A stretch of DNA of 32,000 bases from Promethearchaeota archaeon (GCA_048938105.1 JBHLMN010000014.1:111839-143838); one strand, 5' to 3'; shown: positions 10,187 through 19,367, numbered from the stretch's first letter. Notes: a model not told the origin generated them from the letters alone. Numbers and translations: made by a program.

Positions 10187-11767
10187 TTGTGTTTAGTATT
10201 AGTTACCTCAGGAAATACTGTATCAGGTATTGGGAGAAGTGAATATCATTTTATACAATTAGATTCATTTTTTGAAAAAAACCTGTTTGGAGTAAGGTTT
10301 GATTATAATCCTAGAGTTTCTAGTGGTCAACCATTACGAATAATCAATGATTTGCTAGATCAATCATGGGATCCAAATACTACTGACCCAGACCTCAAAG
10401 AAGATAATATTCTATCATTAGTAGGATACGAAGCTCAAGACATCAGTTCAGCATTTCTGGCTTTAGAACAGGTGAAACGGACACAAGACATTCTAATTGA
10501 TTCGATAGAATGGCAATCTGCAGCCCCCTTTGTTAAGTATTTACATCATTTCTCTCTTCCAACAGGAGAGGATGTCCTATTAGCTCAGGATTTTCTTGGG
10601 ATGGCATTAACGGTAAATGGAAGCGGATTTAATCCTATTGATTATCAGCTTGGATATGCTAATGTACCATTAGAATTTTTAGAGTTTTTAATTCCAAATG
10701 ATAAGGGATATTCCTTTAATTTGTCAGTAGAAACTTCCATAATGATCCAAGAATCTGTTAACGAGCTACAAATCGATTTAACATTTTCTAATCTGACCTT
10801 TCTATTCCAAACTAGTGGTGTTGCTTTAGATAATTTTGGATTGGAGATTGCAGAACATTTTATGATTGTTCAGTTTGATTACATATCTTTCTCCCTGACT
10901 TTGAGAAAATACTCACATTATGGGACTTCTGGAGTAGAGACTCTGTCAGAGATTTCAATAGGAAATGTAATGAATTTGATCATTAATGAGGAATTACCAC
11001 GCGAGCAAAATTGGTTAAATGCCCTTAATTACACGATACAAGAGGATTTCAAGGATTTAATCCCAATTAACGAAACATTCTCCTGGTATCAGGGCCCAGA
11101 TATATCAGAACGGTTACAAATGTTTTCTAATCTTTCTTTCTCCCTCATCACAGCTCAAAACATTGGTGTATTAAACGGAACCCAAGTGGTAAATGATCTT
11201 CAGGTAGTTATAGATGATCAGAACAGAACAAAAGCAGAATTATCTCAGTTGGAGTTTACTGTAAAAGATGGAATTTCAGTTATTCATGATGAACGAATAT
11301 TATTCTCAACCCAAGTTAAAGGCCGGAATTTTGCAATAATTCAGGAAGATGGTATAAATGAAATCTCCCTGGTTCCAATGGAAGCGCGAGTAATTGCTTT
11401 GAACCAACAAACTGGGTTTGCAGACAATCTTTTATTCCTACAAGAAACATCATTACTAAAAGAACTGATTGTTGAATGTATTAAACGCTTCATTGCAAAT
11501 CCAGAGATTTCTACATTAGGGATCAGTGAAGTATTAAATAAAGTAGGTTTAGATCTGACTTCAGCACAATATATACAAGATTTTCAACTAGTAGAATGGT
11601 CAGGGATGAGTTTCAAAATTAACTTAATACAATATGCAGTTAAAACCGCTCCATCTTCTACCATTAAATCAAAAATGAGTCAAGTCACACTCATTCCAAC
11701 CGTATCAGTATTATTGGGGCTTCTAATTCTGGTAGTCATTGTTAAACGAGGAAATAGGGGAAAATGA
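10187..11767 (+). CDS. exported protein with C-terminal TM anchor; distant paralog of the next gene
   Basis: The C-terminus TLIPTVSVLLGLLILVVIVKRGNRGK is a TM segment plus a basic tail. Several blocks align with the 12098 protein (listed under the paralog finding, 10187-13789). The 5' end is uncertain. The TTG start gives a poor signal peptide, and an SD-preceded ATG at 10174 lies in the +1 frame. Confidence 0.6.
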   Translation: MCLVLVTSGNTVSGIGRSEYHFIQLDSFFEKNLFGVRFDYNPRVSSGQPLRIINDLLDQSWDPNTTDPDLKEDNILSLVGYEAQDISSAFLALEQVKRTQDILIDSIEWQSAAPFVKYLHHFSLPTGEDVLLAQDFLGMALTVNGSGFNPIDYQLGYANVPLEFLEFLIPNDKGYSFNLSVETSIMIQESVNELQIDLTFSNLTFLFQTSGVALDNFGLEIAEHFMIVQFDYISFSLTLRKYSHYGTSGVETLSEISIGNVMNLIINEELPREQNWLNALNYTIQEDFKDLIPINETFSWYQGPDISERLQMFSNLSFSLITAQNIGVLNGTQVVNDLQVVIDDQNRTKAELSQLEFTVKDGISVIHDERILFSTQVKGRNFAIIQEDGINEISLVPMEARVIALNQQTGFADNLLFLQETSLLKELIVECIKRFIANPEISTLGISEVLNKVGLDLTSAQYIQDFQLVEWSGMSFKINLIQYAVKTAPSSTIKSKMSQVTLIPTVSVLLGLLILVVIVKRGNRGK

Positions 11768-12097
11768 ATACCTAAAAAGCTCTAAGAAAGGAATAATCCA
11801 CATCCACTAATCAAAAATGAAGCTAAGAAGGTTATTCCAATCCAATAAGATTGGAACCTATAATATATTATTGAACATAAAGTAATTCTTTTAAAAGCAA
11901 GGTTTTAAGGGATTTAAAAAACATTATAAACTTTTTTTGGCGGATTTTTGTTTCGCACATTTTTTTAAAGGATGATAAATGCATAGTTCTTAGACCAATT
12001 ACTCGACTTCAGATGTGACTCAAAACTTTAAATTATGAGTTTCATAGTCGAGAGTTCAATTAAAGTAATTTAAAAGTTATTTAGGTGAAATCTAATA

Positions 12098-13789
12098 ATG
12101 AAAAAACAAAAAGTATTGATTCTACAGCTGGCATTGTCTACAATTGCTATCTTAGCTAGTTCGATAATTTTTTCAGCTGCTAATACAACGGCTCCTACTG
12201 AATTCGTTCTCTCTCATGACTTTAGTGAAGATTACTTCCATGAAACAATCGATGTTCCACTTAAACCATATTTCCCTGATGATAACGCCTCGGTCTTTCT
12301 ATCCTATATTAATGCATCAGGTATTGAAGTTGGTTACACTGGCTTAGAAAAAGTTGAGATGGATCTTAAACTCAGTGATATTTTTAGATCTTCAGCCATG
12401 GCTGTACTAGAGGATCTTGGTTTTCCAGATGAACCGATCGCAACTGTAAATGCAACAACACCATTTCAATTCCTGCTCGAACATTGGACAACAACAGAAG
12501 ATGGTTCCACTTCAGAGATGTTTGCTGCAAATGATTTTGTAGCGCTTCTCGCATACTCTACTACTCCATCTGAAAAAACCTTGACTCCTGATGACACAAT
12601 CTACGTTGGATACACATTAGCTCTAGATCAACTAACTAATGGTATAAACGCACTAATAACCGATCCTTCTCATGGTTACGATGCTATTCCGAAATATGAC
12701 GTTGAAACCTCATTTGAAGTTGTAGACAAAAACGAAATTCATTTTGGTATTAATTACACCAATATGGTGACATTTTGGCAAAAAGCAGACGAGAGCGCTT
12801 ATGACCCAGTTAAAGACATTCCAAAAGCATTATTAAAAGATAAAATAGATAAATTAAAAGCAATGATTGCAGGGTTTCAGGCAGCAACAGTATTTGACTA
12901 TCTAGCTTTTAACTACAACGTAACATGGTCCACGTCAACTGAAGGTGAAGTTACAGAAGTTAAAACTGACATTGTTACCCATTACAATATTGGGGAAGTC
13001 AGCTGGTTATTCACATTAGACTCTGGATCTCCGATTGACTCAAAATATACTGATTCATTCAAGGACTCAATAACTTATGAAATTGATTTACCTGGTGCTG
13101 GTTTGAACATTCTAGGAACACCTATTCCTGACAAACTTTCTCATGAGTTTATAGTTGAAGCTTATCCATTTGATGATGCACAAGCCCGTATAAATGATGC
13201 AAACGGATTTGGTTTCGCTGTAATGACACAGACTAATTCTTATGGATTGAATTTCAAGGATGCCATCTGGGATGATGGAATGCTGACTATCTCGGCTGAA
13301 GATGACTTTGAAACTTCTTTTGTTGATAAAAACACCTACAAATTAAAGGGTGTTGAAGAGCTTGGCTTCGATGCTGATCTTGACCGCAATGTTACTTTTC
13401 TTGCTAAATACCATTCAGATATGACTCATGTAACAACTCCCCTAGTCAAAGGATATTTGGATATTTCTCACGAACTCTATCACGACTTTATCAAGTGGAT
13501 ACTCGAAAATGGATTTGGTTATCACAAAACCTATGGCTACAGAGCTGAGGAGGCAAATTACTTGACCCTCACTCAGTTTGGTGATTGGGTTGGTGGAGAA
13601 ATCGTCCACGATCCCGCGTATTCCGCCGTTGCAGCGATGGCTGCTGTTGAGTCAAGTGCTTCATCATCATCAAAGACCAGTGGGCCTCCACCAACTAGTA
13701 CCACTGGTGGTGTTCCTGGATTCGAGATTCTCATTGTGTTATTTACCCTTCCTCCTCTGTATACAATGCACCGTAAGCGACATCATTAA
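12098..13789 (+). CDS. secreted cell-surface (S-layer-like) protein with PGF-CTERM sorting signal
   Basis: A GGTGA ribosome-binding site precedes the ATG. The signal peptide is MKKQKVLILQLALSTIAILASSIIFSAA. A Ser/Thr/Pro linker SSASSSSKTSGPPPTSTTGG is followed by PGF (codons from 13715), the hydrophobic stretch EILIVLFTLPPLYTM and the basic tail HRKRHH. This is the archaeosortase-type PGF-CTERM architecture. Confidence 0.75.
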   Translation: MKKQKVLILQLALSTIAILASSIIFSAANTTAPTEFVLSHDFSEDYFHETIDVPLKPYFPDDNASVFLSYINASGIEVGYTGLEKVEMDLKLSDIFRSSAMAVLEDLGFPDEPIATVNATTPFQFLLEHWTTTEDGSTSEMFAANDFVALLAYSTTPSEKTLTPDDTIYVGYTLALDQLTNGINALITDPSHGYDAIPKYDVETSFEVVDKNEIHFGINYTNMVTFWQKADESAYDPVKDIPKALLKDKIDKLKAMIAGFQAATVFDYLAFNYNVTWSTSTEGEVTEVKTDIVTHYNIGEVSWLFTLDSGSPIDSKYTDSFKDSITYEIDLPGAGLNILGTPIPDKLSHEFIVEAYPFDDAQARINDANGFGFAVMTQTNSYGLNFKDAIWDDGMLTISAEDDFETSFVDKNTYKLKGVEELGFDADLDRNVTFLAKYHSDMTHVTTPLVKGYLDISHELYHDFIKWILENGFGYHKTYGYRAEEANYLTLTQFGDWVGGEIVHDPAYSAVAAMAAVESSASSSSKTSGPPPTSTTGGVPGFEILIVLFTLPPLYTMHRKRHH

Positions 13790-13832
13790 TCTTTTTTTTT
13801 CTTTTTTTTCTTTTTTTTCCCTCTTTTCTTTG
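13790..13832 (+). terminator. oligo-T archaeal terminator, three tandem C(T)8-9 units
   Basis: Directly after the stop codon the sequence reads t cttttttttt cttttttttc ttttttttcc ctcttttctt tg. Archaeal RNA polymerase terminates at oligo-T tracts. Confidence 0.55.
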
Positions 13833-14076
13833 TATTCTGATTAATTTTATTAAAATTAGCCTCAATACATTATGAGATTCTTTATTAAGATGAACTTAAA
13901 GGCAAATATCTATTACCCAATAAGCTCAAACTTCAAACTTGGTAAATAGTCTAGCTATGACCATTATAACAAATTTAGAATAATCTTTTAAATAAAGTTG
14001 AAATCTTTTATCTCACAAAGAGCTAAAAAACTAAAGATCTTTTTAATCAGAGTTAATTGCAATAGGATGAGAAATA

Positions 14077-16662
14077 ATGGTATCAATTGCCTTATTAATG
14101 GATCCAATTAACCTTTTTGCCTCGTTACTTCTCACGTTCTCCCCCATAATAATTTTATTCTTTCCTTATCTTATTACACGGCGAAAAGATGAAAATATTT
14201 TTGCAGTCATCTTTAATCGTGCTTATATTGGCTTTATTGTTTTTTATTTGGCATATTTCATCTTTCCCAGTATCTTAAACGCTTTTGTGCCACACCCGAC
14301 TCAATATATGGATCAGGAGTATTATCCTGTTTCAGGTACAGGTGTGTGGGAAGGAGACTATACTACTATATGGGATTCAGCTGCGAGTCCTGTACAAGCT
14401 ACAATTCCAGGAATGCCCATGTTAGTTCGCTATCTGTTTCAGCATTTTGTAAATTCAATTGTTAATTATTTATATTATCCAATCATTATTCTAGCGTTTG
14501 TTTTCGGTATTTCCCCAATTGTTTCAATGATAATACTGTTATACCAGACTTGGAGCGATAAACGTAACGAAAAGAAACCTCTCAGACGGCTAATCAAGCA
14601 AAATAATGAGGAACTTAAAATTCTTTTGAACAGGCAAAGAGCTGCCAGCGAAGACGAGCTTCAAGAGATTGGCCGAGAAATTAATGAGTTAGAAAAAGAT
14701 ATTCTTAGTTTAAAGCAGCAAACAGAAGAAGTCCGAAGTGTTACTCAACGATTAAAAGAGATTCAGTTTGAAATGGAAGTTTCACCGTTTCAAGAAATCA
14801 GAAAACGGGTGAAAGAAAAAGAGTGGGCAAATGAAAGGGAGTTATTAAAAGTACTCATTGCCATCCTTCCCATTACACTATTTTTACTTATGACGATCTT
14901 ACGTCTCCTAGGAGAAACCGAAAATCCCAGCTTACTTCAAGGTACTTCAATGGGTTGGTTTTTAGAGATATTCTTTGCATACATTGCAACACTTGTATTT
15001 AGTGTGTACCTGATTAAAGCAAGTAACTTGTCTCGTAAAGGTAAATTCCTAGGAAATCAACTATACATTGCAATGGTTCAGAGCTTATCGACTGTAGGGG
15101 CAGTTACATCAGGATTAGCTGTTATTCTCTTCTTATTCGAGTATTTCGATCAGATTTTTGTTATTTCCTATTTCGTGGTTTACTTCATTATGGTTTCGAT
15201 ATTCTTTGTACTTTTTCTGGATATTTTTGAACCTTTTTCGATTTATTTGCTAATAAAGCTCATCGAATCATTTAAAAATCTTAAATTGACAGTTAAAAGA
15301 ATTGATCGTACTAATATCCTAAAATCAACCGCTGTGGGAATTGTTATTGGTTTTCTTCTTGCAATTGGGTTTCTCGTTTACCGTGTTATTCTCACAGGTA
15401 TAGCCCGTAATATTGAAACTGTTCAATATGATACCTTCTTTTGGATAACTCAAAATTGCATTAGCTTTCTTATCTGTGCTGCGTTGATCTTATTCTTTAG
15501 AAGATGGAATTGGAGTGTATTTGGAACAACACTAGTGATATTTGTGTCAATATCTACTGTTAGTTTCTTGGTCTTTGGCTGGTTTGATCTAAAATGGTAC
15601 ACGCTATTAGGTTTACCCACCTCGATTTTCCGGATTGGTGGTGTTCCTTTAATTCCTCCATTTATCACTCTCACTTCCATCTTTGCTGGTTTGACTCAGG
15701 GGTGGGAACTAAAGTGGCTAACTTCTGTCTGGAAAGAAGGTGTCTTCAATGAGGTACAATTTATAATCCCTGAATTACGTCAGATTCCTGTGATCTGGCA
15801 AGGGCAGGGAGGAACCTTCCTCGGAATTCTATCTATTCCCTATAACCTTTTACATCCTTTTGCAATAATATTAACCTATGGTGCGATTTTATTCTTAGCT
15901 CGGCGAAAATTTCATGTAAAAACACAGAAAAGTGACAAAGAAGGGGAAGAAAAAATCCAATTTAGGTCAATTTTTTCTGAAATGGGAAGATTGCCTAATT
16001 TAGGTGAATTACGGAATAAATCGGATATAATTCTGGTTGGAACGACACCTAGTGATGATCCTGAAGTGAGGCAAAAGGTAGATGAAGCCTGGGTATCAAT
16101 CGAGAATGGACAACAGCTGCGTGATGCTATCACTGGGACACTTAAACCTTTGAATGAAATAGATATGCCTATTACTGAGATCTATCGAATTTTAGATGAA
16201 TTAACTTTTGATATTGAAGTTCCTTTTAATCAAATACTTACTCTATTGCATAGAGAATTCTCATACTCCTTTGAAGAAGTAACTATTGATTCGCTCCATA
16301 TAATGATGCTTGATGGGCGTGCTGTGTTATCACACACTTTTGCAACGGAGTCACTAGTCGAGCCAGCGTTAGTAGCTGGTCTTTTCTCAGCCATTACCTC
16401 TTTCGCGAAAGAAGCAGTGCGGAGTGAACAGTTATTAAAGACTATAGATCATGGTGACGTGGTTCTAACCATAGAATATGCAAAATGGGTTTTTGCTGCA
16501 ATTTTTGCAGATAGTACCTCTACCGAGTTGAGAAAAAAGCTTAACGAATTTTTAACAAACTTTGAAGAAAGATATGCTAAGACTCTTCCGACTTGGTTAG
16601 GAGATCTTGATATTTTTAAACAGGATATAGAAATTATAGATGAAGTTTTCTCTCCTGGGTAG
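14077..16662 (+). CDS. large polytopic membrane protein (861 aa) with an internal coiled-coil loop and a C-terminal cytoplasmic longin/Roadblock-like domain
   Basis: There are many hydrophobic helices through aa ~1-620. A charged heptad-like loop reads NNEELKILLNRQRAASEDELQEIGREINELEKDILSLKQQTEEV. The soluble C-terminal ~240 aa ends in a domain (nt 16279-16659) that is also present in the adjacent HerA-like ATPase. Confidence 0.75.
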   Translation: MVSIALLMDPINLFASLLLTFSPIIILFFPYLITRRKDENIFAVIFNRAYIGFIVFYLAYFIFPSILNAFVPHPTQYMDQEYYPVSGTGVWEGDYTTIWDSAASPVQATIPGMPMLVRYLFQHFVNSIVNYLYYPIIILAFVFGISPIVSMIILLYQTWSDKRNEKKPLRRLIKQNNEELKILLNRQRAASEDELQEIGREINELEKDILSLKQQTEEVRSVTQRLKEIQFEMEVSPFQEIRKRVKEKEWANERELLKVLIAILPITLFLLMTILRLLGETENPSLLQGTSMGWFLEIFFAYIATLVFSVYLIKASNLSRKGKFLGNQLYIAMVQSLSTVGAVTSGLAVILFLFEYFDQIFVISYFVVYFIMVSIFFVLFLDIFEPFSIYLLIKLIESFKNLKLTVKRIDRTNILKSTAVGIVIGFLLAIGFLVYRVILTGIARNIETVQYDTFFWITQNCISFLICAALILFFRRWNWSVFGTTLVIFVSISTVSFLVFGWFDLKWYTLLGLPTSIFRIGGVPLIPPFITLTSIFAGLTQGWELKWLTSVWKEGVFNEVQFIIPELRQIPVIWQGQGGTFLGILSIPYNLLHPFAIILTYGAILFLARRKFHVKTQKSDKEGEEKIQFRSIFSEMGRLPNLGELRNKSDIILVGTTPSDDPEVRQKVDEAWVSIENGQQLRDAITGTLKPLNEIDMPITEIYRILDELTFDIEVPFNQILTLLHREFSYSFEEVTIDSLHIMMLDGRAVLSHTFATESLVEPALVAGLFSAITSFAKEAVRSEQLLKTIDHGDVVLTIEYAKWVFAAIFADSTSTELRKKLNEFLTNFEERYAKTLPTWLGDLDIFKQDIEIIDEVFSPG

Positions 16663-16742
16663 AGAACATTATTAGTCCTAACATAAGTTTGAGTCCATTG
16701 GTTGTATATATTCAATATATTGCCTAAAATGCGTTTAAAGTT

Positions 16743-19367
16743 TTATTCACCCTCTCCAATGATAAAACAATAATCACCAGTTTTTAATTGGGTAATTGAG
16801 CAAATGATTGTTGTAAGATCTGTCTTTAGGGTTATTTTTAAACCATTTAAAGGATTTTTGGCTTTTGAATGGAATATAAATCCTTTTTGAGTCATTAAAG
16901 TGGCCCAATGTAATAAATCTGATTTGGAGTAAGCTTTTATACGGATTGAAGTAGTTTTTATTCTTAATTCTGATTCAAATATTAGGTCTCGTTGTAGAAT
17001 ATCTGATATAAGAGATTCGGGGAGAGAATTTGTTTGAATTTCTGGAATTAGTGTAATAAACCAATCGATATCTAGTTCTCCAATTTCTAAAGGTTCCTCA
17101 CCAGGAACATATTCTGATACTTCAGGAAATATTTGTTCATCAGCTACGGCTTCTTCAACCTTTAGTTGTTGCAGATCTGCTGGAGGTAGTGTAGAGATAA
17201 GCAGTGGTAGTTTTCGGTTTTGATCTACAAGTACAAGAACCTTATCGTGCAAATACGAGATAATTACTTCAGTAATTTCTCGATAATTGTAATCTGAATC
17301 CAGAAGACACTGATTAACGATCTCTAAAGCAAAAAGTCCTTCGTTTATAGCAAGCTGGTCTATTTGTTTATAAATAATCTCGTACAAAACAGGATGAGGA
17401 ATTTCGCCTTTATATGATCGATTGATTTGGAGAGGAGTTATTAAGGATAAACCTAGATGAAGATCAAGTATTTGTATTGTTGGAGCAAAATCATCAATAA
17501 CACCAACGAATTCTTCCAGAGTGGTTCGGAACTCTGTTTCGAAGGCGTAAGAGAAATTCCTGATTCGCCGTTTTAGGATGTTCAGGTACTTTGGAGTCCG
17601 ATCGAGGATAACTGCAGCAACAGAGTTGGTTCCCTCAACCGTGACAATTTTAAAAGCACGATCTCCAATTTCTTCAGTAAATATTCGTAAAATTGTACGT
17701 TCTTTAACGAGATCTTCTTTCAGTTCACTAAAAAGCCCTGAAATAGCGCTCAGAAATCCTGAAACCAGTTGAGGATCTATTTTCAGCATGGTTATTCCAA
17801 AATCAAAGATACAAATTCCAGTTTTTTTGTGTAGAATTAAAATGTGTTTACATGCAAGTAGATTTGTTAAATCTTTGTGACTAAACGCTTCAATCTCTGA
17901 AGAATCCCGCGTCATTGTACTAAACTCATCTTTAGGAAGACTAGAAACAACTTTTAACTCTATTTTCTCCATTCCTCCTCTATATCGCGGGATAGTATTA
18001 GGCATTTCATCTTCCTGAGGATCGATATGTTTAGATAAACGGGGACGTACACGAATTTTAATAGGTTCTTGGCTCCCTCTTTGTAGTCCTACAATTAATG
18101 CTTCTCCCCTAATAAGATGAGGTAATCTTGAAACAATTTCAGTGCTTATTCCTTCCATCAAGCGAATTTTATTAATGTCCTTATCAGATCTTATCCTTAG
18201 CGCAATTAATGTGTTCATGTTTGCTATAATGTTATCTGGAAAATCTGCAGGTCGTTGAGAAATGAGAATCTCATAAATACCAAATTTCCGTCCCTCTCGA
18301 GCAATTTTTGTAATTATCTCATTTGTAGAGGCAAAACGATGTGCTTCTTCAATGACAAGTATAATTTCATTCTCACGCGCTAGATCCCCATGAATTTTCT
18401 TCTCAAATACTAAAGTAAGTATTTCATTAACTAAAAGATTACTTTTACGTTCATCAAGAAATTGATCTAACCGAACAATCGAGATCTGTCCTGGGCGGAT
18501 AAAGGTCTCCAAATCTAGTTCTTCTTCAAAAAGGTTCAGATTTTTCAGGGAAAATATCTTTGAAATTAAAGTTTCTCGTGTAGAACTATGGATATTTGAA
18601 TTTTGTATCAACGAGATTAAGTCTTCTAATAAGATTGGTTTTTCGATAATATTTGATAAAGAATTTTCTTGTGCAGCCGTTAAATCGGTTAATCTACGTA
18701 GTCGTGGCAAATCGAAGCTTTTTCCCAGACTTAAGGTATCTTTTTCAAAAAGAAGGATACTGTCTTGAAAGCCACGAGGCGAGTAGTCCTCATAATCTAG
18801 TTTTTCGATCTCTGTACCATCATTTGGTTGAGCTAATCCCCAGTATTCGTTATGGATATCGAATAACAAGACAGATGCAGTATCAAACTTCATAAGAATT
18901 TCTTCTAATAATACACCAACACTGTACGATTTTCCAGCACCTGTACTAGCCACACAGAGTACATGTCTTTCCAAAAATTTTGGTGATATGAGAAAAGGGT
19001 CTGTATTATTATCAAAAGTAATTACGTCCCCTAAATAAACCCCTTGGTCACCACGGTACGAGATAATCTTCGATACTAGTCCTTTAGGTGGATGTTGGAT
19101 TTGTGCTTGGGAAGATATTGGAAACTTGCAGGGTGAAAGTGAAAAATCTTCAGAGTTGATTTCTCCAAGAATTGTGGCTGTGCCTTTTATTTCTTCTCCC
19201 TTGGTTTGGATTAAATTCGTTACTTGGGCCAGATACTGTTTTTGTGGAGTTTTTTTAGATTCAGTAATCAAAATAAAATCCTGTTCATAAATCGATGTTT
19301 TTGTCGTGTCTATGTTAAAAGAAATTTCAGATGTTGAGGACTTCAATACTTCCATTGTGCGTGGCAA
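16743..19367 (-). CDS. HerA/FtsK-superfamily (DUF87-type) ATPase with a ~400-aa C-terminal extension containing a longin/Roadblock-like domain
   Basis: The N-terminal region looks like a HAS barrel. Walker A is VASTGAGKSYSV. FDIHNEY corresponds to the HerA DxHGEY motif. Walker B is ILVIEEAHRF. The HerA signature is AREGRKFGIYEILISQRPADF. Aa ~506-635 (nt 17463-17852) align with the C-terminus of the 14077 protein. Confidence 0.8.
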   Translation of the reverse strand: MPRTMEVLKSSTSEISFNIDTTKTSIYEQDFILITESKKTPQKQYLAQVTNLIQTKGEEIKGTATILGEINSEDFSLSPCKFPISSQAQIQHPPKGLVSKIISYRGDQGVYLGDVITFDNNTDPFLISPKFLERHVLCVASTGAGKSYSVGVLLEEILMKFDTASVLLFDIHNEYWGLAQPNDGTEIEKLDYEDYSPRGFQDSILLFEKDTLSLGKSFDLPRLRRLTDLTAAQENSLSNIIEKPILLEDLISLIQNSNIHSSTRETLISKIFSLKNLNLFEEELDLETFIRPGQISIVRLDQFLDERKSNLLVNEILTLVFEKKIHGDLARENEIILVIEEAHRFASTNEIITKIAREGRKFGIYEILISQRPADFPDNIIANMNTLIALRIRSDKDINKIRLMEGISTEIVSRLPHLIRGEALIVGLQRGSQEPIKIRVRPRLSKHIDPQEDEMPNTIPRYRGGMEKIELKVVSSLPKDEFSTMTRDSSEIEAFSHKDLTNLLACKHILILHKKTGICIFDFGITMLKIDPQLVSGFLSAISGLFSELKEDLVKERTILRIFTEEIGDRAFKIVTVEGTNSVAAVILDRTPKYLNILKRRIRNFSYAFETEFRTTLEEFVGVIDDFAPTIQILDLHLGLSLITPLQINRSYKGEIPHPVLYEIIYKQIDQLAINEGLFALEIVNQCLLDSDYNYREITEVIISYLHDKVLVLVDQNRKLPLLISTLPPADLQQLKVEEAVADEQIFPEVSEYVPGEEPLEIGELDIDWFITLIPEIQTNSLPESLISDILQRDLIFESELRIKTTSIRIKAYSKSDLLHWATLMTQKGFIFHSKAKNPLNGLKITLKTDLTTIICSITQLKTGDYCFIIGEGE

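Noticed and set aside
10139-10189. ORFs 8624-10141 and 10187-11767 are in the same frame, separated by a single TAA; possible stop-codon readthrough fusion
   Set aside because: Sharing a frame has a one-in-three chance. The upstream protein ends in a complete cytoplasmic wHTH domain, and the downstream protein looks exported. No readthrough context or structure is evident. The trxB and PTPS genes are also in frame across a single TAA (20628-30), again best explained by chance.
13578-13844. 88-aa ORF overlapping the 3' end of the PGF-CTERM gene and the oligo-T tract
   Set aside because: It is an alternative frame of a supported gene. Its C-terminus (FFSFFSFFSLFSLYS) is simply the T-rich terminator translated.
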